NCBI GenBank assembly: GCA_963705105.1
Contig: CAVPIW010000006.1
Span: 704,001 to 768,000 of the forward strand
DNA: 64,000 nucleotides
Origin: an uncultured Nitrospiraceae bacterium
Lineage (GTDB): Bacteria; Nitrospirota; Thermodesulfovibrionia; Thermodesulfovibrionales; Dissulfurispiraceae
Direction: 5' to 3'
Below are positions 41,513 through 50,818 of the stretch, one piece after another. Both the position numbers and the translations under genes were made by a program. Position 1 is the stretch's first letter; each line of letters opens with the position of its first letter. The notes beneath the pieces were generated by a model. It searched no databases, was not told the origin of the DNA, and was given only the letters and a program-made list of their open reading frames with translations.

Positions 41513-42997
41513 ATGAAAGCGCTCCTCATTTACCCTGAATTCCCGGATACCTTCTGGAGTTTCAGGTATGCTCTGAAATTCATTCACAGAAAGGCGAGCA
41601 GTCCGCCCCTCGGATTGCTGACCATTGCTGCGATGCTTCCTGAGGAGTGGGAAAAAAAACTGGTCGACATGAATGTGAAAAGCCTGCATGACGATGACCT
41701 GAGATGGGCTGACCTCGTCTTTGTAAGCGCCATGTCCGTCCAGAAAGAATCGGCGAAAGGAGTGATAGCGAGATGCAAGGCAGGGGGCGTGAGGATTGTC
41801 GCCGGCGGTCCTCTTTTCACGACCGAATATGAGGCCTTCGGGGATGTCGACCACCTGGTACTGAACGAGGCCGAAATCACCTTGCCCCGTTTCCTGGAGG
41901 ATTTCCGGAATGGAGCTGCCGGCCCTTTCTATACCACTGATCAGTGGGCGGATATAGGTCAGACGCCCATTCCGCTCTGGGGGCTTATTGATATGAAGCA
42001 CTATGCCTCAATCAATATCCAGTATTCCCGGGGGTGCCCCTTCAACTGCGAGTTTTGTGACATTACCCTGCTCTGCGGTCGCAGGCCCCGCACAAAAGAT
42101 AAGGACCAGATCATCAGGGAGCTTGAGAGTGTGTACGCGTCGGGGTTCAGGGGACAGGTTTTCTTTGTTGACGACAATTTTATCGGGAACAAGAAAAAGC
42201 TGAAAGAGGAGATCCTCCCTGCCGTCATCGAATGGATGGAGAGGAAACGGCATCCCTTCACCTTCAACACGCAGGTATCCATAGAACTGGCGGATCATAA
42301 AGACCTTATGGAGATGATGGTCAGGGCAGGATTCGATGTCGTCTTCGTCGGCATCGAGACCCCCCATGAGCAGAGCCTGGCGGAATGCAGCAAATTCCAG
42401 AACAAGAACCGCGATCTCCTCGCCAGTGTCAGGAAGATCCAGAAGTCGGGCATCGAGGTGCAGGGAGGATTCATTATCGGTTTCGACAACGACCCCCCTA
42501 CGATTTTCGACGACCAGATCAGGTTCATCCAGGCGAGCGGCGTCGTCACGGCCATGGTCGGCATTCTCATCGCCCTTCCGCGCACGCAGCTCTACGAGAG
42601 GCTCAAAAAGGAGCGGCGGCTGCTGAAAGAGACCTCGGGGAACAACACGGATTTCTCGACGAATTTCATCCCCCGGATGGACTATGACAAGCTGATCAGC
42701 GGCTACAAGAAGGTCCTCAGCACCCTGTATTCGCCAAGGCAGTACTATGAAAGGGTCAGGACATTCCTGAGAGAGTACGTCCCCCCGCAGAAAAAGTTGT
42801 TTCATTTCCGTTTCAACTACATCGCCGCATTCATCAGGTCCATCATTCTTCTGGGGATCATCGGAAAAGAGAGGTTCCATTATTGGAGGCTTCTGCTCTG
42901 GACCATGTTTACCCGCCCCCGCCTCGTTCCGCAGGCCGTTACCCTCTCGATCTACGGTTTCCATTTCCGGAAGGTTTTTGAGAAACGCCTTGGTTGA
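41513..42997 (+). CDS. B12-binding radical SAM protein (DUF4070-type C-terminus)
   Basis: PPLGLLT B12 domain; SRGCPFNCEFC; FFVDDNFIG; VFVGIETP; GGFIIGFD. Confidence 0.92.
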   Translation: MKALLIYPEFPDTFWSFRYALKFIHRKASSPPLGLLTIAAMLPEEWEKKLVDMNVKSLHDDDLRWADLVFVSAMSVQKESAKGVIARCKAGGVRIVAGGPLFTTEYEAFGDVDHLVLNEAEITLPRFLEDFRNGAAGPFYTTDQWADIGQTPIPLWGLIDMKHYASINIQYSRGCPFNCEFCDITLLCGRRPRTKDKDQIIRELESVYASGFRGQVFFVDDNFIGNKKKLKEEILPAVIEWMERKRHPFTFNTQVSIELADHKDLMEMMVRAGFDVVFVGIETPHEQSLAECSKFQNKNRDLLASVRKIQKSGIEVQGGFIIGFDNDPPTIFDDQIRFIQASGVVTAMVGILIALPRTQLYERLKKERRLLKETSGNNTDFSTNFIPRMDYDKLISGYKKVLSTLYSPRQYYERVRTFLREYVPPQKKLFHFRFNYIAAFIRSIILLGIIGKERFHYWRLLLWTMFTRPRLVPQAVTLSIYGFHFRKVFEKRLG

Positions 42998-43044
42998 AGG
43001 TGAAAGGGAAGAACTAAAAGGCAACCTGAGGTGAAGAGGGGAAA

Positions 43045-44979
43045 ATGTCAGACCATGCAAGGATTCAATACGATGTCAGCACACTGACAGAGCATGACAT
43101 TTATTTGTTTAAAGAGGGGAATCATTTCAGGCTCTATGAAAAGTTCGGCTCTCATCTGATGACAGTGAATGGTCAAAAAGGCGTCCACTTTGCAGTCTGG
43201 GCGCCAAATGCCGCAGAGGTATCTGTTACCGGCGATTTTAACGAGTGGAACAAGGGCTCTCACCCCTTGAAGGTCAGGACGGATGATACAGGAATTTGGG
43301 AGGGCTTTATTTCTGGAATCGGCAAAGATGTCCTCTACAAGTATCATATTGTCTCGCGGTATAAAGGCTATCAGGCCGATAAAGGAGACCCCTTTGCTTT
43401 TCTCTGGCAGGGTGCTCCGAAGACAGCCTCTGTTGTGTCGGATTTGGATTACGAATGGCAGGATGCGGATTGGATGAAAAGCCGCCGAAAAAACAATTCT
43501 TTGTCTTCGCCTGTCTCAGTGTATGAAATGCACCCGGGGTCATGGAGAAGAGTGCCCGAAGAAGACAACCGGCCACTGAGCTATCTGGAAATGGCAGAAT
43601 ATCTCCCCGGATATGTCAAAGAAATGGGGTTTACGCATGTTGAGTTTACGCCGATCATGGAGCACCCGTTTTACGGCTCATGGGGGTATCAGACTACAGG
43701 GTATTTTGCTCCTACGAGCCGGTACGGAAAACCTCAGGACTTTATGTTTCTTATCGACTGTCTTCATCGGAATGGCCTCGGGGTAATCCTTGATTGGGTC
43801 CCTTCAAATTTTCCTGACGACCTTCACGGCCTGGTCTTTTTTGACGGGACCCATCTGTATGAACATGCGGACCCTATGAAAGGTTTTCATCCTGACTGGA
43901 ATAGTTATATATTCAACTACAGCCGTAATGAGGTGAGGGGCTTTCTTGGAAGTAGCGCTATATTCTGGATCGAGAAATATCATGCAGATGGGTTAAGGAT
44001 TGACGCAGTGGCGTCGATGTTATATCTCGACTATGGCAGAGAGGAAGGGAAATGGATCCCGAACTCATATGGGGGAAAAGAGAATATTGAAGCGATTTTG
44101 TTCCTGAGAAAACTGAATGAAGAGGTTTATAGGAAGTTTCCCGAGGTCCAGACCATTGCAGAGGAATCGACAGCCTGGCCGATGGTGTCACGACCGACTT
44201 ATACGGGAGGTCTCGGCTTCGGCATGAAGTGGAACATGGGCTGGATGCACGATATCCTGGATTATTTCTCTAATGATCCGGTTTTCAGAAAGTATCGCCA
44301 TAATCAGCTTATCTTCAGCATGATATATGCCTTTTCTGAAAACTTTATGCTTTCTCTTTCTCATGACGAAGTGGTATATGGAAAGGGGTCTCTGCTGAAC
44401 AAGATGCCGGGAGAGGACTGGCAAAAATTTGCCAACCTGCGACTTTTGCTGGGATATATGTTTGCGCATCCAGGGAAAAAACTTTTATTTATGGGAGGCG
44501 AGTTCGGTCAGCGGAGGGAATGGACCCATGAAGACAGCCTGGACTGGCATCTCCTTCAATTTCCATGGCACCAGGGGGTTCAAAACTGGGTAAAACATCT
44601 GCACATTCTCTACAAAGGGGAACCTGCTTTGCACGAGATTGACTTTGAACCTGAAGGTTTTGAGTGGGTGGACTGCACAGACTGGGAAAAAAGTATTATC
44701 AGCTTTCTCAGAAAAGGAAAGACCCCGGATGACTTCATACTGGTCGTCTGCAATTTTACTCCGGTTCTACGATACGACTACAGAGTTGGAGTCCCGGCAG
44801 GAGGATACTGGAAAGAGGTGCTAAACAGCGATGCCGGTCAATACGGGGGGAGCGACCACGGCAATCTCGGAGGTGTCGACGCAACGTCAGTGCCGTATCA
44901 TGGAAGAAGTTATTCTCTTCCCTTAATTGTGCCGCCGCTCGGTATTATTTTTTTCAAGAACGAGGGGCATAGAGCTTGA
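43045..44979 (+). CDS. glgB: 1,4-alpha-glucan branching enzyme
   Basis: FAVWAPNA, YEMHPGSW, EHPFYGSWGYQ, DGLRIDAVASMLY, IAEESTAWP, LSHDEVVYGK. Confidence 0.96.
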   Translation: MSDHARIQYDVSTLTEHDIYLFKEGNHFRLYEKFGSHLMTVNGQKGVHFAVWAPNAAEVSVTGDFNEWNKGSHPLKVRTDDTGIWEGFISGIGKDVLYKYHIVSRYKGYQADKGDPFAFLWQGAPKTASVVSDLDYEWQDADWMKSRRKNNSLSSPVSVYEMHPGSWRRVPEEDNRPLSYLEMAEYLPGYVKEMGFTHVEFTPIMEHPFYGSWGYQTTGYFAPTSRYGKPQDFMFLIDCLHRNGLGVILDWVPSNFPDDLHGLVFFDGTHLYEHADPMKGFHPDWNSYIFNYSRNEVRGFLGSSAIFWIEKYHADGLRIDAVASMLYLDYGREEGKWIPNSYGGKENIEAILFLRKLNEEVYRKFPEVQTIAEESTAWPMVSRPTYTGGLGFGMKWNMGWMHDILDYFSNDPVFRKYRHNQLIFSMIYAFSENFMLSLSHDEVVYGKGSLLNKMPGEDWQKFANLRLLLGYMFAHPGKKLLFMGGEFGQRREWTHEDSLDWHLLQFPWHQGVQNWVKHLHILYKGEPALHEIDFEPEGFEWVDCTDWEKSIISFLRKGKTPDDFILVVCNFTPVLRYDYRVGVPAGGYWKEVLNSDAGQYGGSDHGNLGGVDATSVPYHGRSYSLPLIVPPLGIIFFKNEGHRA

Positions 44980-45016
44980 AAATCGGCATACAATGTTGCG
45001 GGATTAGCAAATAGGA

Positions 45017-47587
45017 TTGCATGGACACGATAAAGGACAGATTCCCACGAGGCGAATAACAACTTTGGATGATCATCCCCCTTTTTGGAGCATCCCTGCC
45101 TCTGAACTTCTTCAGCAGTTGCAGACGACCTCACGGGGATTGACGAGCGAAGAGGCCCGCAGGCGCGTCACGCAGTACGGGGCCAATCTCCTCAAGCCCA
45201 AGAAAAGAGCGGATGCGCTCTCTCTCCTCATTTCTCAATTCAAGAGCCCGATCATCCTGATCCTGATCTTTGCCTCAGTGCTGTCCTATTTCCTGCACAA
45301 CCCCGTGGATGCCGTCATCATCTCCGCGATTGTCCTCGTCAGCGGTCTCCTCGGCTTCTGGCAGGAAAGGGGGGCGACGAATGCAATTGAAAGGTTGCTG
45401 TCGATCGTGCAGATCAAGGCTGAGGTCATGCGCGATGGCGCCCTGAAAGATATTCCCGTTGAGGAGATCGTGCCCGGAGATATCGTCTCCTTCAACGCCG
45501 GGGATGTCATTCCGGGAGACTGTCTGATCCTCGAATCCAGAGTTCTCTTTGTGGATGAGGCATCTCTGACAGGCGAGACCTACCCTCAAGATAAAATATC
45601 CGGTCTACTGCCGCGGCAAACTCCGCTGGCAAAAAGGACCAACACTCTTTTTATGGGGACGCACGTCGTCAGCGGCACTGCGAGCGCAGTGGTCGTACTC
45701 ACAGGAAGGGAGACCGAATTCGGCAAGGTTTCCGAACGGCTCGTGCTCAGACCTCCGGAGACGGAATTTGAGCGCGGTGTGAGGCAGTTCGGCTACCTGC
45801 TCATGGAAGTCACACTGCTGCTGGTCATTGCCATTTTTGGCTTCAACGTATACCTGGCCCGTCCTGTCCTGGACTCGTTTCTTTTTGCGTTGGCACTCGC
45901 CGTCGGATTGACCCCGCAGCTTCTGCCGGCCATTATCATGGTCAATCTTGCCCATGGAGCAAAAGGCATGGCGCTCAAAAAGGTAATCGTGAAACGCCTC
46001 GCCTCTATCGAGAACTTCGGCAGTATGAACGTCCTGTGCTCTGATAAAACAGGCACTCTGACCGAAGGTGTGGTGCGCGTCCGCTCCGCTCTTGACCTCG
46101 AGGGCAATGAAAGCGAAAAAGTATTGCTCTATGCCTATCTCAATTCTTTTTACGAAACAGGGTTTGCAAACCCTATTGATGAAGCAATACGCGCCTATGG
46201 GAAGTTCGATGTCTCGGCCTGGCAAAAGCTTGATGAGGAGCCGTACGATTTTGTTCGCAAACGCCTGAGCATCCTGGTCTCTCACGGCGATACGCATCGT
46301 ATGATTACGAAAGGAGCGTTGAAGAATGTACTCGCCGCCTGCTCAACGGCGGAAACTTCGGGTGGGACCGTCGTGGATATGTCCGAAATACAGGACAAGG
46401 TTCAATCCCATTTTGAGGAATTCAGCAGCCAGGGCTTTCGCACAATGGGGATTGCATACCGGGATGTCGGTTCTGCCCCGCATATCACAAAAGACCACGA
46501 AGCCGGCATGACGTTTTTGGGATTCCTTGTCCTGTTCGATCCGGTCAAATCAAGCATCGCCGGGACTATCGCAGATCTCCGTCACCTTGGCGTTTCACTG
46601 AAAATCATTACCGGGGATAATCGCCTGGTCGCTGCCCATGTGGGACAACAGGTCGGGTTATCGGACCCGGGGATCCTCACCGGCCCGGACCTCCGGATGA
46701 TGAGCGATGGAGCGCTGCAGAAAAAAGTAAACGAAGTGCATGTTTTCGCAGAGGTAGAACCCAACCAGAAAGAGCGCATCATTCTTGCCTTGAAAAAGGC
46801 AAAAAACGTTGTCGGTTATATGGGAGACGGCATAAACGACGCATCGGCACTCCATACGGCCGATATAGGCATATCAGTGGATAGCGCCGTTGATGTTGCC
46901 AAGGATGCGGCAGACATTGTGCTCCTCGAAAAAGACCTTGGGGTCCTTGTGCAGGGAGTGCGGGAAGGGAGGACGACTTTTGCCAACACCCTCAAGTATG
47001 TATTCATGGCAACAAGCGCCAATTTCGGCAATATGTTCAGCATGGCAGGGGCGTCTCTTTTCCTCCCCTTTCTTCCTCTCCTGCCCAAGCAGATCCTGCT
47101 TACCAATTTGCTGACGGATTTTCCGGAAATGGCCATTGCCACAGACAATGTGGACAAGGAGTTGGTCGAAAGTCCCCGTCGGTGGAACATGAGATTTATA
47201 CGGAGGTTTATGATGACCTTCGGTCTTTTGAGTTCCATCTTCGACTATCTCACCTTCGGCGTCTTACTATTGATTCTCCATGCCTCTCCGGAGGAATTCA
47301 GAACCGGCTGGTTTGTGGAGTCCGTCATCTCTGCATCGCTGGTTGTGCTCGTTGTCCGCACAAGGGGCCCCTTTTTCAAAAGCAGGCCGGGGAAATATCT
47401 GTTCACGGCGACACTGCTGATCGTTGGCGTTACGCTGATCCTGCCCTTCCTTCCGATTGGAGGAAGGCTCTTTGGATTTACCCCGTTACCAATCTCTTTT
47501 CTCGTCCTCATGGGAGTCATTGTCGCGTCCTACATCGCTGCAGCCGAAGCGACAAAAAGGGTGTTTTACAACAAAGTCAATTTCTGA
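45017..47587 (+). CDS. mgtA: Magnesium-translocating P-type ATPase
   Basis: LTGE, AVGLTPQLLP, CSDKTGTLT, KGAL, TGDN, GDGINDA, SANFGNMFS; start uncertain (TTG 45017 or ~45065). Confidence 0.92.
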   Translation: MHGHDKGQIPTRRITTLDDHPPFWSIPASELLQQLQTTSRGLTSEEARRRVTQYGANLLKPKKRADALSLLISQFKSPIILILIFASVLSYFLHNPVDAVIISAIVLVSGLLGFWQERGATNAIERLLSIVQIKAEVMRDGALKDIPVEEIVPGDIVSFNAGDVIPGDCLILESRVLFVDEASLTGETYPQDKISGLLPRQTPLAKRTNTLFMGTHVVSGTASAVVVLTGRETEFGKVSERLVLRPPETEFERGVRQFGYLLMEVTLLLVIAIFGFNVYLARPVLDSFLFALALAVGLTPQLLPAIIMVNLAHGAKGMALKKVIVKRLASIENFGSMNVLCSDKTGTLTEGVVRVRSALDLEGNESEKVLLYAYLNSFYETGFANPIDEAIRAYGKFDVSAWQKLDEEPYDFVRKRLSILVSHGDTHRMITKGALKNVLAACSTAETSGGTVVDMSEIQDKVQSHFEEFSSQGFRTMGIAYRDVGSAPHITKDHEAGMTFLGFLVLFDPVKSSIAGTIADLRHLGVSLKIITGDNRLVAAHVGQQVGLSDPGILTGPDLRMMSDGALQKKVNEVHVFAEVEPNQKERIILALKKAKNVVGYMGDGINDASALHTADIGISVDSAVDVAKDAADIVLLEKDLGVLVQGVREGRTTFANTLKYVFMATSANFGNMFSMAGASLFLPFLPLLPKQILLTNLLTDFPEMAIATDNVDKELVESPRRWNMRFIRRFMMTFGLLSSIFDYLTFGVLLLILHASPEEFRTGWFVESVISASLVVLVVRTRGPFFKSRPGKYLFTATLLIVGVTLILPFLPIGGRLFGFTPLPISFLVLMGVIVASYIAAAEATKRVFYNKVNF

Positions 47588-47632
47588 GAATGAGGGAAGC
47601 CGGATTGCTCTCCTTTCCCTCCGCGGCGCAAA

Positions 47633-47890
47633 CCTAACAGTTGTATATGCCATCAGGAAAGGCGGGGTGAAGGCGCCGAATAGCCTCGGTGCTAAGACAC
47701 CTGACCAATCGCCGGACCACCGTTTAAGGGCAATGCAGAACAAACACGAATGGAATCGTGTAGGGGCCGTTCCCCGAACGGCCTGGCATCGATGAAGCGG
47801 TCTGCTCGAGGAGCAGACCCTACATTAATCATTGTCGCAACCTGCAGGGCTTTGAGGCGCTTCGCCCCGCCTTTCTATGCAACTGAAAGG
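47633..47890 (+). mobile_element. MITE copy carrying a convergent pair of GTAG-REP hairpins
   Basis: Family ends present; REPs at 47760-47783 and 47799-47823; flanks CAAA/TTTA do not match. Confidence 0.7.
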
Positions 47891-47891
47891 T

Positions 47892-48956
47892 TTATCGTCC
47901 CGGCTGAGGCGTCTTTGCGCGAATCGACCGGATGGCCCGTGCTGCCCGTTCCGCCGTGACGGCATCAGCCGATTCAGAGGCCTTGATGAGGTAGGGTAAA
48001 GCCTGCGGTCCGAACGACACGAGCAGCCGCTCCGCTTCGTTTGCAAGAAGGGTGTCCTTGTCCGAGAGCATCCGTATCAGCACCGGGATGTCGGCGCCGG
48101 TCAGCTCCTGCCGGGCAACGGCGCGCAGCTCCTGTTCCGCCTCTGCCTTCGCCTTCTGTCGGGACGCCTGTTTCCTGATGATGTCTGCAATCTCGCGGTA
48201 GCGGCCGTCCCCGTGGGAGTCACCAAAGGCAGGCGCCGCCTTTTTCTCCGCCTGCTGCAGGGATTCCTTCGCCGGTCCCGGGGCCCTTGCCCTGGCCGGC
48301 GCTGCAGGCTCCGTCCGTCCCACGGCGTTGTCAGCGGAGCGACCTGCGACGGGTGGAGGCGCCGCCTTGGCAGCGAGCTGCTCATATTTCATATCCTGCA
48401 GAGGTTTCTGCGGTGCGTCGCCCTCATCCTTGGGTCGCTGGCTTTCGTCGCTGCGCTGAGCGGTGGGAGGCGCCTCTGGCGCCGCAGGTGGTTCGGCTTT
48501 CCGCGATTCGGCCGGCGGCTGCCTGACTTCTCGCCGTGACACAGGGGGTTCCTGCTTCATGGCCTGTTCGACCCTTTCCGTCAGGGCCGGAGGCTGTGCC
48601 TGCCGTTGGAGCGTCGTGTCCGTGCTATACAACTGAAGGGCCAGCAGCACCATCGCCGCAGCAGCCATCGCTTCCAGGGGAACCTTTATATGGAGCGGGT
48701 GGAGCAGCCTCTGCCAAAGGTTCTTCTTCGTCCCCGCCTCTGCCCGGATGGATGTCATGATCCTGTCCCTGAGCCACGGCGGAGGGATCTCTTCCGGCAT
48801 GGCCCTCAGGTGCTCCACGGCGGCCGTGAACTCCCGGAAGGCGGCGCTGCATTCGGGGCACCGGGATAGATGCCCTTCGACCTCGTCGCGCTCGTTGCCC
48901 GTCAGTTCGCCGTCGACGAAAAGAGAGAGTCTCGTCAGCACATCCTCACATTTCAC
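47892..48956 (-). CDS. Zinc-finger (ZAS, zf-HC2) anti-sigma factor with C-terminal HEAT-like repeat
   Basis: KCEDV..LSLFVDGEL..VEGHLSRCPEC, TM, low-complexity linker; GTG start overlaps the sigma stop. Confidence 0.85.
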   Translation of the reverse strand: MKCEDVLTRLSLFVDGELTGNERDEVEGHLSRCPECSAAFREFTAAVEHLRAMPEEIPPPWLRDRIMTSIRAEAGTKKNLWQRLLHPLHIKVPLEAMAAAAMVLLALQLYSTDTTLQRQAQPPALTERVEQAMKQEPPVSRREVRQPPAESRKAEPPAAPEAPPTAQRSDESQRPKDEGDAPQKPLQDMKYEQLAAKAAPPPVAGRSADNAVGRTEPAAPARARAPGPAKESLQQAEKKAAPAFGDSHGDGRYREIADIIRKQASRQKAKAEAEQELRAVARQELTGADIPVLIRMLSDKDTLLANEAERLLVSFGPQALPYLIKASESADAVTAERAARAIRSIRAKTPQPGR

Positions 48957-49561
48957 AGCGCCCCTCCCAGAAGCCTTTTCAGGCACTCCCTCACCATGTC
49001 CCTCCCCCTGGACACCCGGGACTTCACCGTTCCCATGGACACCCCCATGATGCGGGACATCTCGTCATAAGAAAAACCGTTGACATCGCGGAGCACAACG
49101 GCCTCCCTGAAGTTTTCGGGAAGCCCGCCAAGGCATCGTTCCACACCCATCCGCACCTCCTTCCGCTCGAGTCTCTCGGCGGGGGAAGGGTCGCCCGAGG
49201 CGATGTCGATCATGACGGCCCCGTCTTCCCTTTCCACGACACCGCCGATCGGCAACGAGTCGCGCGTTCCCGAAGAGACGATTCTTCGCATGCGGCTTCT
49301 CGTGCAGTTGAGCACGATGCTGCAGAGCCATGTGGAGAACTGCGCCTTCCCTTTGAACGTGCCCAGCGAACGGTACGCCGAGATGAAAGCGTCCTGCACG
49401 GCCTCGCAGGCCTCCTCGCGGTCCCCGAGCATCCTGTACGAGATAGTCAGCATCTTTCCCTGGTACTTTTCGACGAGGATACCGAAGGCGTCGATGTCCC
49501 CGCCAAGGACGGCACTGATCACAGCCATGTCATCGTCGGTGGACTGTTCAGAGGTCTCCAT
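48953..49561 (-). CDS. ECF RNA polymerase sigma-70 factor
   Basis: AFGILVEKY, EAVQDAFI, FSTWL, REAVVLRD..GFSYDE, GTVKSRVSRGR. Confidence 0.95.
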   Translation of the reverse strand: METSEQSTDDDMAVISAVLGGDIDAFGILVEKYQGKMLTISYRMLGDREEACEAVQDAFISAYRSLGTFKGKAQFSTWLCSIVLNCTRSRMRRIVSSGTRDSLPIGGVVEREDGAVMIDIASGDPSPAERLERKEVRMGVERCLGGLPENFREAVVLRDVNGFSYDEMSRIMGVSMGTVKSRVSRGRDMVRECLKRLLGGAL

Positions 49562-49617
49562 ACTTTAGATACTTTAATCGATTGTTTTGTTCCAGGCAAC
49601 ACATGGGCGGACGGACC

Positions 49618-49705
49618 CCTTTGCAGCTGCATAAAAAGGCAGGGCAACGTGCTCTGAAAAATAGTGTCAGTGACAGTGAAAGGAATAGTTCTTATATCTA
49701 CGCTG
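49618..49705 (-). mobile_element. Partial MITE copy (one end plus cargo)
   Basis: CCTTTGCAGCTGCATAAAAAGGCAGGG followed by gtgaaaggaatagttcttatatctacgc, shared with the 13878 copy. Confidence 0.65.
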
Positions 49706-49783
49706 CCTGCGGGAAGGCTCATGAAGCGACGGACTCGACTTTTTCGCTCAATTGCGGTAGCCTGATAAGAGGAGGTCACAGCC

Positions 49784-49984
49784 ATGAAACATGCGCACAC
49801 ATATGAGCCGGTGTCTCACCACGGCGTCACAGCCGAGCTGATGGACCTGGGCATCAGGGCCGCCGAGATGAGGAAATGCGGGACCTGTCAAAAGGTGATG
49901 CCCTTCGTGCAGACGAAAAAGGGAGAATGGTTTCCGCTCTTTGACGACATCGAGACCGATGAAAAGGACATCCTCATGGCGTAA
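49784..49984 (+). CDS. Small hypothetical protein with CxxC
   Basis: GAGGAGG RBS; RKCGTC. Confidence 0.6.
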   Translation: MKHAHTYEPVSHHGVTAELMDLGIRAAEMRKCGTCQKVMPFVQTKKGEWFPLFDDIETDEKDILMA

Positions 49985-50104
49985 AGAAAGTGTTGGTGTG
50001 AGTGTCAGTGCGAGTGAAGGAATATCTTGAGAAGAGTGTCCGTGTAAGTGATTGTAAGGATAATTTCGAAGTTAGCCGTGAAGACCTCAAGAAAGCTCTC
50101 ATGT

Positions 50105-50340
50105 GTCATTCCCGCTTGCCGGGAATCTTTCTCAAGAAGGATCCCGGACGAGCCGGGATGACAATATCGGAACCAAGCGGGTATCCAGACTAAAAGAAGA
50201 CGGCCTCGTAAAAAGTCCTGCAAATGGGCTTATCCGTCATTCCCGTGCAGACGGGAATCCAGTCCTTTCAGGTTGTTATTTGTACTCTGGATACCCGCTC
50301 CCCGCTTACTATCCGCAGGGACAAGTTTCGCGGGTATGAC
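50105..50340. repeat. GTCATTCCCG...CGGGAATC palindromic repeat pairs
   Basis: gtcattcccgcttgccgggaatc / atcccggacgagccgggatgac and gtcattcccgtgcagacgggaatccag / cgcgggtatgac. Confidence 0.7.
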
Positions 50341-50450
50341 GACTTTTTTCGAGGCCGTCAAGGATATTTTTAGAGTTCACTGTGACGACCTTTTAAACAG
50401 GCCCACACACACACCTCAGCCCGATCGGCAACCGCCCCCCCCAATAAGCT

Positions 50451-50671
50451 GCGTGATATCTCGCAGTTCAGCGTGATATCCCTCATGACGACACTCCTGT
50501 GGTAACTGCCTGAAATATTAATCATAAAAACACTTGCCCCTCCGCAGCCGATCGGACGTGTCCGGCAATCAATACAAAAAGGGTCTCACGGACAGACAGG
50601 ACGAAAGAAATATATTTTGCCTGTATATCAGTAAGTTTTGTTCATCCTGCCGACATGGTATCGGTCTTGCT
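50451..50671 (+). promoter_or_regulatory. Candidate UAS (GCGTGATATC x2) and sigma54 promoter for the cytochrome gene
   Basis: GCGTGATATC at 50451 and 50471; TGGTATCGGTCTTGCT (GG-N10-GC) at 50656-50671. Confidence 0.6.
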
Positions 50672-50818
50672 TGCAAAGGACAGGAAAGCTGTAACACAAA
50701 CCAGATAGCGGGTCCACAATGCGGTGTGCCAAAAAGGAGGTGACAGGATTTACGGCGGTGGGACCGGGATCGGATGATCATAGCAGACATTAATAACAAT
50801 TAGGAGGAGAAGAGGCTT

